Source: an uncultured Chloroflexia bacterium (GTDB lineage Bacteria > Chloroflexota > Chloroflexia > QHBQ01 > JADMIH01). Taken from it: a stretch of 64,000 nucleotides of DNA. Numbering within the stretch: position 1 is the stretch's first letter; each line of letters begins with the position of its first letter. The stretch lies in assembly GCA_963797095.1 (NCBI GenBank), contig CAWCNY010000002.1, positions 224,001 to 288,000 on the forward strand. The letters are read 5' to 3'. The notes beneath the pieces were generated by a model. That model was not told where the DNA came from and did not search any database. It saw nothing but the letters and a program-made list of their open reading frames with translations. This document shows positions 29,937-38,039 of this stretch, piece by piece. The translations under genes and the position numbers were made by a program.

Positions 29937-30014
29937 AGCGTCACTCACCTTTCTTAGGTCCATCTAGGGCCGAATCCACCATCGACACATCCTCAAATGC
30001 AAGGAGGGACGACT

Positions 30015-30482
30015 ATGCTCGATCAGACGATCCGTGTCTTCAGCGAGGGGTTGGCGCGTGCCCTTGACCGGCGCACTTTCCTCAAGCGCACTGCTGGAAC
30101 CATCGCTTCAGGGATAGCAGCTCTTGTTATGGGGCCAATGCTTGCCGCCAACTCTCGCGCCATCGCAGCCCCTCTTATCCCAACCGTCGCGAACTGCGCT
30201 CCTCCCGGTCCCTACTGCAACCTCGACGGCCAGAACGAGCCGAACGGCTGTCGTGGCGCAAGCTGCTTCCAGCATGTGTCGAGCGGGCAGCTTCTTCAAT
30301 GCCGCGTCTACTACATCTACGCGATCACCGGCTGCTGGACAACCTCTTCCGGTGGCGGCTACTGGACCTGCTGCGACTGTACCTGCACCAACGGCACAAC
30401 CAATGCCAGTTGCGGTTGCGCTCAATATTCCGGTGCGGGTGGGGCTGTGCCTGACTTACCCGATGGTGGAGGGAGCAAGTAA
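30015..30482 (+). CDS. Tat-signal 12-Cys small secreted protein, copy 1
   Basis: DRRTFLKR Tat motif, hydrophobic h-region, AxA site; GGAGG RBS before MLDQ; stop overlaps the next start (TAATG). Confidence 0.85.
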   Translation: MLDQTIRVFSEGLARALDRRTFLKRTAGTIASGIAALVMGPMLAANSRAIAAPLIPTVANCAPPGPYCNLDGQNEPNGCRGASCFQHVSSGQLLQCRVYYIYAITGCWTTSSGGGYWTCCDCTCTNGTTNASCGCAQYSGAGGAVPDLPDGGGSK

Positions 30483-33400
30483 TGAATAACAACTCCCTCA
30501 AGCGGCTCCTCCCGGTCCTTGCCATACTTCTCGTGCCGGTGGCCCTTATTATCGTAGCGGTCACATTATCTAACCTCCCTTCAGATAGCCCTGCGGAGAG
30601 CAACGCGGTCACACAGGATCAGAAAGGCTCGCCTCTCGGCGTCTGGTCCGATCTGCCCAACTTCCCCATAGTCGATCTCGGCTTTTCGGGCAGTGGCACC
30701 TCCCCGGTCGGCCCGCTCAAGCTCAAGCGTGCCGCTGCCGTTGCCTACCCGCCTAATGGCAAAGTCTATGTGCTCGGTGGCCGTCACCGTCCCGACGGCG
30801 AAGACATAGGCAGCAGGTGGATCTGGGAATACGACCCTATCACCAACGCTCTCACACAAAAGGCCGCTCTGATCGACGCCAACAATTATGGCGAACGCTA
30901 CGATTCCTCGATGGCTGCGGCTGTCATCACCGACACTAACGGCCCTCGCATCTATATGATTGGCGGCATCAGCCAGGATAGCATTGTGACGCCAATAGTC
31001 CGAGTCTATGACCCAACCGGCGATACCTTGACCACTCTTAGCCCCGCCGACTACTGGCCTGCCAGCCCGGAGCGTGTGCCTGGCGGCTATGCCGTCTATA
31101 ACAACAAGCTTTATATCTTCGGCGGCCACACGGCCAAGCCTACCAGCCAGCTATTCAGCGATACCTGGGTGTTCGACCCGTTGGGCACTATCGGCAACAA
31201 ATGGACCCAGATAGCCGGTGCCGACCTCTCCACCGCCCGTGCCTACATAGCGGGCGCTACTCTCGATGGCTATATTTACGCAATTGGCGGCGACATAGTC
31301 GTCTCAACTACCGTAACCTCGGTGAACACCGTCGAGCGCTTCAACCCGGCCAATCCCGGCGCGGGCTGGCAACCGGTCGCGCCATTGCCTTATGCTCGGG
31401 GCGATATGGGCGCGTGGGCATACGACACCGGCACAGGTTACGAAATCTCAGGCAGAATACTGGTCGCGGGCGGCGGCTATCCTTCGCCCGATACCCACTC
31501 CTATATCTACAACCCTGTCACCAATAGTTGGGGCTTTTTCGCCGACATGCTTCGGCCCAGGCGCAACTACGCCTACACACAGCTCAACGGCATCCTCTAT
31601 GCGTGGGGAGGCTACAATGTAACTCGCGGCGTGCAGGACGGCTCCAATGATAGCATGAAGTACGACGCTTCCGGCCCGCCTCCGCCGCCTGTCATCACGC
31701 CTACCAATACGCCCATTCCCTCGCCCACCTCTTGCTACTCCGATCAGGATTACGAGTACCTCATGACCGGAGCCGCAACTGTTGTACCTGGAACCACTAT
31801 GGTCCCAGGCAGCAATTGCTCGACCTGCATACACCTCATCGACCTTCCCTTCCCTGTTCAACTCTATGGTCAGACATTCAATTCGGCGATGGTAGGCTCG
31901 ACCGGCAATATGCAGCTTCAAAGCAACAGCCCCTTCTGGATCAACCGCTGTCTGCCCTACAATAATTTCACCTACACCCTCATGCCCCTCTGGGATGATC
32001 TGGTGCTCACCGGCGGTGGAAGCGGGATCTTCACCTCCGTCTCAGGCTCGGCTCCTGACCGCATCTTCAACGTGGAGTGGCGTGGCACCAACCTCGACTT
32101 CGAGATCCGCCTGTACGAAGACTCCCCCAATATCGAGTTTATCTACGGCACGCTGACCAGCTCCGGCAGCGCCACCATCGGCATCCAGAAGGACATGACC
32201 CACTTCACCCAGGTGTCGTGCAACACCGTGGGCATCAGCAGCGGCACCAAGATCACCTTCAGCCTGCCCGCCTGCGGCACCCCCACCCCCACCGTTACCG
32301 GCACTCCCCCCACCGCTACCCTTACGCCGACCATTACCCAAACTCCCACCCGCACCCAGACCCCTACCATTACGCCCACCGTGTGCAACGGCAATTATGG
32401 ATACCTCATCGGCACGGGCGCAACCCTCGTGCCCGGCACCAGCTTTGTCGCAGGCTCCAACTGCGATGACTGCTCAGCGCCTGTTGACCTGCCTTTCTTT
32501 GCCCACTTCTACGACCAGAACTTCAACTCGGTCAATGTAATCTCTAACGGCAGTCTGCAATTTACCGGGTCCAACACCGCCTTTACCAACGCCTGTATAC
32601 CGGTCACGGGTTTCACTTACACACTCTTCGCCTATTGGGACGACTTGCTCCTTACCACTTCAGGCGATGGCGTCTATACCTCAGTATCGGGGAGCGCACC
32701 TAACCGCATCTTCAACATAGAATGGAGAGGATGTTACTACTCAGGTGGCATATGTGGTGGCCGCATAGACTTCGAAGTGAGATTATACGAGTTTGACCAA
32801 CGCATAGACGTGATCTTCGGCACAGTCGAGAACGGCAATGGCTCGGCCACAGGAGGGGTGCAGAAAGACCAGACATTCTACACTCAAGTGTTCTGTGACG
32901 GCTCAGGACCGCCTATCGTCCCAGGCACTATAATAACTTACACTATGGCAACATGTGGGACCGCCACCCCTGGTGCATCCCCTACCAACACTTCCATCAA
33001 CACGCCTACGAATATGCCTACGAACACTAACACACCTGTCAGCACCAACACGAACACTCCTGTGCCGCCGACATCTACGGCTGTCAGCACCAACACAAAT
33101 ACTGCGGTGCCCTCCACTTCAACCTCTACCGCCCTGCCAACCGATACCTCGACAGCTGAGCCTACCAACACGGAGCCTGTCTCGACAGATACGCCTCAAC
33201 CTGAGCCAACCGATACCGCGCCTCCTGTGTCTACGAATACTTCTGTGCCAGCACCCACAGATACCTCCCTGCCTGTACCCACTGACACCTCTCTACCCGT
33301 GCCTACAGATACCACTGTAGCCATCCCCACCGAAACCCCCACCGTCTGCACGATCAACTTCACCGATGTATCCCCAGGCTCTACCTTCTACGACTACATC

Positions 33401-33994
33401 ACCTGCATGGCATGTAGGGGCATCATCAACGGCTACACCAGTGGCTGTGAAAGCGGCAACCCATGCTTCCGCCCTGACAATAACGTCACAAGAGGACAAC
33501 TTGCCAAGATAGTGTCCAATTCAGCAGGGTTCAACGAGGACCCGGGACCACAGCGCTTCGAGGATGTGCCCCTTGGCTCAACCTTCTACGACTTCATAGG
33601 GATACTTGCCAGCAGAAACATCATCGCAGGCTACCCATGTGGTGGTCCTGGTGAGCCATGTGTAGGCCCAGGGAACCTGCCATACTTCAGACCCAATGCC
33701 AACATCACAAGAGGGCAGGCCTCGAAGATAGTATCAGAGGCAGCGGGTTACACAGACCCGGCAGGAGACCAGCAGTTCCAGGACGTACTGCCAGGCTCTA
33801 CCTTCTACAACTGGATATGGAGGCTGACAGACCGGGGCATCATGAACGGGTATGCATGCGGCTCCCCAGGAGAGCCATGTGCAGGACCAGCCAACCTGCC
33901 ATACTTCAGACCAGGAGCAAACGCGACGAGAGGGCAAGCCTCCAAGATAGTGGCCAACACTTTCTTGCCCGACTGCTTCGCTTCGGCCAGATAA
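30482..33994 (+). CDS. Kelch-repeat / 2x NIDO-like / Thr-rich / SLH surface protein
   Basis: N-terminal TM/signal; six GG Kelch blades; duplicated LPF..WDDL..FNxEW domain; three SLH-like repeats. Confidence 0.88.
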   Translation: MNNNSLKRLLPVLAILLVPVALIIVAVTLSNLPSDSPAESNAVTQDQKGSPLGVWSDLPNFPIVDLGFSGSGTSPVGPLKLKRAAAVAYPPNGKVYVLGGRHRPDGEDIGSRWIWEYDPITNALTQKAALIDANNYGERYDSSMAAAVITDTNGPRIYMIGGISQDSIVTPIVRVYDPTGDTLTTLSPADYWPASPERVPGGYAVYNNKLYIFGGHTAKPTSQLFSDTWVFDPLGTIGNKWTQIAGADLSTARAYIAGATLDGYIYAIGGDIVVSTTVTSVNTVERFNPANPGAGWQPVAPLPYARGDMGAWAYDTGTGYEISGRILVAGGGYPSPDTHSYIYNPVTNSWGFFADMLRPRRNYAYTQLNGILYAWGGYNVTRGVQDGSNDSMKYDASGPPPPPVITPTNTPIPSPTSCYSDQDYEYLMTGAATVVPGTTMVPGSNCSTCIHLIDLPFPVQLYGQTFNSAMVGSTGNMQLQSNSPFWINRCLPYNNFTYTLMPLWDDLVLTGGGSGIFTSVSGSAPDRIFNVEWRGTNLDFEIRLYEDSPNIEFIYGTLTSSGSATIGIQKDMTHFTQVSCNTVGISSGTKITFSLPACGTPTPTVTGTPPTATLTPTITQTPTRTQTPTITPTVCNGNYGYLIGTGATLVPGTSFVAGSNCDDCSAPVDLPFFAHFYDQNFNSVNVISNGSLQFTGSNTAFTNACIPVTGFTYTLFAYWDDLLLTTSGDGVYTSVSGSAPNRIFNIEWRGCYYSGGICGGRIDFEVRLYEFDQRIDVIFGTVENGNGSATGGVQKDQTFYTQVFCDGSGPPIVPGTIITYTMATCGTATPGASPTNTSINTPTNMPTNTNTPVSTNTNTPVPPTSTAVSTNTNTAVPSTSTSTALPTDTSTAEPTNTEPVSTDTPQPEPTDTAPPVSTNTSVPAPTDTSLPVPTDTSLPVPTDTTVAIPTETPTVCTINFTDVSPGSTFYDYITCMACRGIINGYTSGCESGNPCFRPDNNVTRGQLAKIVSNSAGFNEDPGPQRFEDVPLGSTFYDFIGILASRNIIAGYPCGGPGEPCVGPGNLPYFRPNANITRGQASKIVSEAAGYTDPAGDQQFQDVLPGSTFYNWIWRLTDRGIMNGYACGSPGEPCAGPANLPYFRPGANATRGQASKIVANTFLPDCFASAR

Positions 33995-34009
33995 TCTGAT
34001 CGGCCTTAG

Positions 34010-35485
34010 CTCGACTTTGTACAAAATGAAAGGAGGTGAAAACGGGTAAAGGGACCCGCAGACCCTTTGTTGTAAGATGGAAGTCTACCACAACACCATC
34101 TGCGACAAGGAGAGAAGCGATGTCCCTACCCAACCCGATTATACAGGTGCTGCTCCATTTCAGGCCAGCTTTCACCCGTCCAACCTGGGACAAAGCGCTC
34201 GTGCTGGTGGTTGGCACAATCCTGGCAAGAGGCCGTCGGACCGTGACGGCAGCCCTCAAGCAGATGGGCTTGCAACATGGTGAGGACTTTACCCTGTTTC
34301 ATCAGGTGCTCAACCGTGCAAGCTGGTCTTGCCTAATGTTGAGCCGGCTCCTTCTCCAATTGCTGGTCAATACGTTTGTTGCGGCAGGTGCAACCGTCGA
34401 GATTGCTATTGACGAGACGCTGGAAAGAAGATGGGGCCGCAAAATCTCCAAGCGCGGCCATTACCGAGACTCGGTGCAATCGAGCAAAGAGCAGTCGGTC
34501 AGTACAAGTGGGTTGCGTTGGGTGGTAATGATGCTGGTAGTGCAAGTACCCTGGTCAAGCAGGGCATGGGCGCTTCCTTTCTTCTCAGTGCTGGCCACCA
34601 CACCTAAAGTAAGTGAGCAATTGGGTAAGGCGCACAAGACGGTAGGAGAGATAGCCCAGCAGATGGTGATGATGGTAAGGCGCTGGCTACCAGACATATC
34701 TGTTTCGTTGGTTGGCGACACTGCCTATTCGATCTTGGAATTGGGGTTGTGCTGTGTCAAGCACCAGATCACGCTTGTAGCGCCAATGCGTTGGGAATGC
34801 GCCTTGTATGAACCTGCGCCACCTCGCAAACCGGGCACAATGGGCAGGCCGAGAGTGAAAGGAGCAGCCTTGCCCAAACTGAGCCAGGTACTCTCAGACC
34901 CCAACACGGAGTGGGTGAAGATAAAGGTAAGGTGGTATGACGGATCGGAGCAAGAACTTGAAGTGGCAAGCGGCACGTGCGTATGGTATCGGATTGGCTC
35001 TGCGGTGTTGCCAATCAGGTGGGTGCTCACCCGTGACCCTCAAGGCAACAGAGAACCGCGAGCCTACTTGTGCACTGACCAGAGCTTGCAGGCAGTGGAG
35101 GTGGTGAGCCGGTTCATCAAGCGGTGGACTATCGAGGTGACGTTTGAGGAGAGCCGAGCACACCTGGGAGTGGAAACCCAGCGACAATGGTCAGACCTGG
35201 CGATTGAGCGTAGCACACCCTGCTTGCTTGGCATGTTCAGCCTGGTGGCTCTGTTTGGAAAGGCTCTACACCCAGACGGAAAAGTGCCTGTGCAGCGCAC
35301 TGCCTGGTACCAAAAGAGGGAGGCTACCTTCTCGGACGTGCTGGCACAAGTCAGACGGCACTTGTGGGGCAACTTCACTTTTCAGACAGCCCCCACAGAC
35401 CCTGATGTCTGTTTAGTCCCACGCTCACACGTGGAGAGACTGGCCTACGCGGTTTGCTATTGAGTTGGTAATGTACAAAGTCGAG
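34010..35485 (+). mobile_element. IS701-family-like insertion sequence (intact)
   Basis: 14-bp TIR CTCGACTTTGTACA/TGTACAAAGTCGAG; 5-bp target duplication CTTAG (34005-34009, 35486-35490). Confidence 0.9.
34120..35463 (+). CDS. DDE transposase (IS701-like)
   Basis: IDET, VGDTAY, RWTIEVTFEE..LG motifs; AAGGAG RBS before MSLP. Confidence 0.9.
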   Translation: MSLPNPIIQVLLHFRPAFTRPTWDKALVLVVGTILARGRRTVTAALKQMGLQHGEDFTLFHQVLNRASWSCLMLSRLLLQLLVNTFVAAGATVEIAIDETLERRWGRKISKRGHYRDSVQSSKEQSVSTSGLRWVVMMLVVQVPWSSRAWALPFFSVLATTPKVSEQLGKAHKTVGEIAQQMVMMVRRWLPDISVSLVGDTAYSILELGLCCVKHQITLVAPMRWECALYEPAPPRKPGTMGRPRVKGAALPKLSQVLSDPNTEWVKIKVRWYDGSEQELEVASGTCVWYRIGSAVLPIRWVLTRDPQGNREPRAYLCTDQSLQAVEVVSRFIKRWTIEVTFEESRAHLGVETQRQWSDLAIERSTPCLLGMFSLVALFGKALHPDGKVPVQRTAWYQKREATFSDVLAQVRRHLWGNFTFQTAPTDPDVCLVPRSHVERLAYAVCY

Positions 35486-35511
35486 CTTAGGGCCTGGCGC
35501 AATAGCCTAAG

Positions 35512-35545
35512 AATGGCGGGTCGTGTGAGGCGGCCCGCCATTTTC
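35512..35545 (+). terminator. Intrinsic terminator, probably the original terminator of module 1
   Basis: AATGGCGGGTCG..CGGCCCGCCATT followed by T residues. Confidence 0.7.
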
Positions 35546-35605
35546 CTTTGCCTTGAATATATGAATTTACTCATCTCTATCTTTGCAGATTTTAGAACTG
35601 GCCCG

Positions 35606-37143
35606 TCAAGCGGCGAATAGGTCATACAGATGCTCCTGAGCAACACCCGCCACAAACTGCTTATGCAGCCAATCCAGCAAGTGCCGCCGATGCACTCGCT
35701 GCATTTCTCGGCGCGCATCCCCGATGGTCACACGAACATGTTCAGTCTCGGTCGTGGTGGCCTGCAAACGGGCACGCTCCTCGTCCAAGAGCAGGTACGC
35801 CGCCAACACCAACGTCCAGAACCGCTCGATAGCCGGGGCGCTCATCACTTGGTAGTGGTCAAGCCCCATCAACTCCTTGCAGTCGGCAAACAGCACCTCG
35901 ATGTCCCAGCGTGCCGCTACATATTGCAGCAACTGCTCCACACTTGCCCCCAAGTCACTCGATGCCCAGTATCTGGTCTCGGACACAGGAGCACCCAGGC
36001 TGTGCCTCACTACCAGCACCTGGCACTTGTACAGCTTACGCACCATTGTGGTAATCGCATGCGCGTACACAGTGCTCACCTCCCCTTTGGCATCGGCATC
36101 GCGACCGCAACCGAGTTCGCTTCTGGGCCAGCGTACCAGCACGTAATCGGCCTCGCTCAAGCCCGCCACATATTCCGGCAGAGGCTGCCAACACCAGTCT
36201 GCAGCACTGGCGGCACTGGCGGCACTGGCGGCACTGGCGGCACTGGCGGCACTGGCGGCACTGGCGGCACTGGCGGCACTGGCGGCACTGGCGGCACTGG
36301 CGGCACTGGCGGCACTGGCGGCACTGGCGGCACTGGCGGCACTCGTACCGCCGACAAGCTGCTCTACTCGGATGGAGCGATTGGCTTTCAGCCCACTGGT
36401 AATATGGAAGGCTCGCTGCCGAGCCGCCTTCCATACCGCCTTGCACCCAAACCAACTGTCCACCAGCACATGGGTGTCGGTCCCTTCCACCGGCTCGAAA
36501 CTCTCAATCTGCTCCACCAGCAGGTCAACCTTGCTCTTGAAGGGCACACCCTCTCGCTCACAGACCTCTCGCTGCCGATACAGACAAGGAGCCTGGGGAC
36601 AGCACCTATCCAACGTAGGCAACACATACAGGGTGGTCAACATGTTGTGCCCTTGCACCGGGTGCCCCACCGTCGAGGAGAAGTGGCGGCCTATCCCAGC
36701 CATCTTGCGGCCTTTGGGCTTGTGCATGGTGGAGTCGTCTCCAATCAAGAACCGGTCACAGAGGTTACACGAGCAGGAAGGCGACCCTTACGACCCCGAC
36801 CGGTGTAGCGTCGGTGGTGACTACGCAAGGTGGCACGCTCTTGGGCTACCTGGGGGGCAAGTTGTGCTCGGAAACGGGCACACCAGGCAGCCACAACAGC
36901 CTGCCCTTCCCAAGGAGCGCGGCTCAAGAAGCGGCTCAGGCCACAGTAAGCGCGAGCGCGGGTGCGTACTCCGCCTCCGCACACAGCACGGTGCAGTCCA
37001 CACAGGGTACGAGCTTCCATGCACAACAGCAAGGCCAGCAGTACGGTAACAAAGTACTGGAATTGAGGCTTGCTGAAGCAGTGACGGAAGGTCTGGGCGA
37101 AGTAGCGCACGCTCCCATCGGCGCATATAATGGGGGTAGGCAT
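35606..37143 (-). pseudogene. DDE transposase split by a 1-nt frameshift, with an in-frame (ASA)n insertion
   Basis: ORFs 36745-37143 and 35606-36748 join at ..TG(F)LIGDDST; VDSWF and RWDIEVLF..K motifs. Confidence 0.8.
36204..36343 (+). repeat. 9-bp tandem repeat (GCACTGGCG)x15
   Basis: Fifteen exact copies plus a partial one inside the transposase. Confidence 0.95.
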
Positions 37144-37256
37144 AGTGGTCCTCCTCGGGTAAGGATTGGTGTTCGCAACCCTCTTATACCCGATAGGCCC
37201 TATGCCTTCAATCTTTCACTTTGAAATGTGCAAAGATAGAGTTACTCATGATCCAT

Positions 37257-37477
37257 CTGAGATCCACCTCATAACTGCCCACAGGCACGAATCACGCGTG
37301 CGACGCATCTTCCAAGTGGTCAGTTGAGGTGCCGACGGCAGCAATGGCCCACCATGCCAACCCTCATGCTGTGCGTGTTCAAGTTTGCCGGCAGGTGGTC
37401 TTGGGCAGTGTAACGCGCCCACTCGACCTTCTGGATGCTCCCACCACGCACCGAGCCGATTTATGAGTGGATCTCAA
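37257..37477 (-). mobile_element. ~220-bp MITE-like element, copy 2 (inverted)
   Basis: Reverse complement of 29676-29895 apart from one extra C in one TIR; flanking direct repeat GATCCAT. Confidence 0.9.
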
Positions 37478-37487
37478 GATCCATACC

Positions 37488-37517
37488 TTGACTGTCGAAC
37501 ACTCAAGGTGCTATATT
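37488..37517 (+). promoter_or_regulatory. Promoter of Cys-rich/Kelch module 2
   Basis: TTGACT-N18-TATATT with TGn, followed by AGCGTCACTCA as in module 1. Confidence 0.7.
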
Positions 37518-37595
37518 AGCGTCACTCAATATTCTTAGGCCCATCTACGGGCTAATCTGTCATCGTTTAATCCTCAAATGCAGGGAGGGATGACT

Positions 37596-38030
37596 ATGCT
37601 CGATCAGACGATCCGTGTCTTCAGCGAGGGGTTGGCGCGTGCCCTTGACCGGCGCACTTTCCTCAAGCGCACTGCTGGAACTATCGCTTCAGGGTTAGCA
37701 GCCCTCGTTATGGGGCCAATGCTTGCCACCAACTCCCGCGCCATCGCAGCCCCTCTTATCCCAACCGTCGCGAACTGCGCTCCTCCCGGCCCCTACTGCA
37801 ACCTTGATGGGGTGAACGAGCCGAACGGCTGTAAGGGCGCGAGCTGCTTCCAGCACTATTCCAACGGCCAGGTCCGGCAATGCACGCCCCAGTACGGTTA
37901 CGCGACAACAGGTTGCTGGACTACCCTGTCAGGCAATGGCTACTGGACCTGTTGCGACTGCAATTGCTCCGGCGGCTCAAGCTGCGGTTGCGCGCAGTAT
38001 ACGTTCGCACCCGGTGTGTTCCCCGACTGA
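37596..38030 (+). CDS. Tat-signal 12-Cys small secreted protein, copy 2
   Basis: Paralog of 30015-30482; all 12 Cys and both Trp conserved. Confidence 0.85.
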   Translation: MLDQTIRVFSEGLARALDRRTFLKRTAGTIASGLAALVMGPMLATNSRAIAAPLIPTVANCAPPGPYCNLDGVNEPNGCKGASCFQHYSNGQVRQCTPQYGYATTGCWTTLSGNGYWTCCDCNCSGGSSCGCAQYTFAPGVFPD

Positions 38031-38039
38031 GAGGGTCCC

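Larger units (their letters stand above)
35575..37241 (-). mobile_element. Second IS701/IS4-like insertion sequence
   Basis: TIR CTCTATCTTTGCAGATTT/AAATGTGCAAAGATAGAG; 8-bp target duplication TTACTCAT (35567-35574, 37242-37249). Confidence 0.9.

Noticed and set aside
30224-30430. Diversity-generating retroelement acting on the Cys-rich paralogs
   Set aside because: Differences are not adenine-specific, include indels and many synonymous changes, and no reverse transcriptase is in the window.
30482-31680. Galactose-oxidase-type copper radical enzyme for the Kelch domains
   Set aside because: The propeller regions of the two full-length paralogs contain no Cys for a Tyr-Cys cofactor, and no C-terminal His-ligand domain is recognisable.
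35630-36808. 392-aa plus-strand ORF with (GGT)n
   Set aside because: Antisense shadow of the transposase; the repeat arises from the 9-mer tract.
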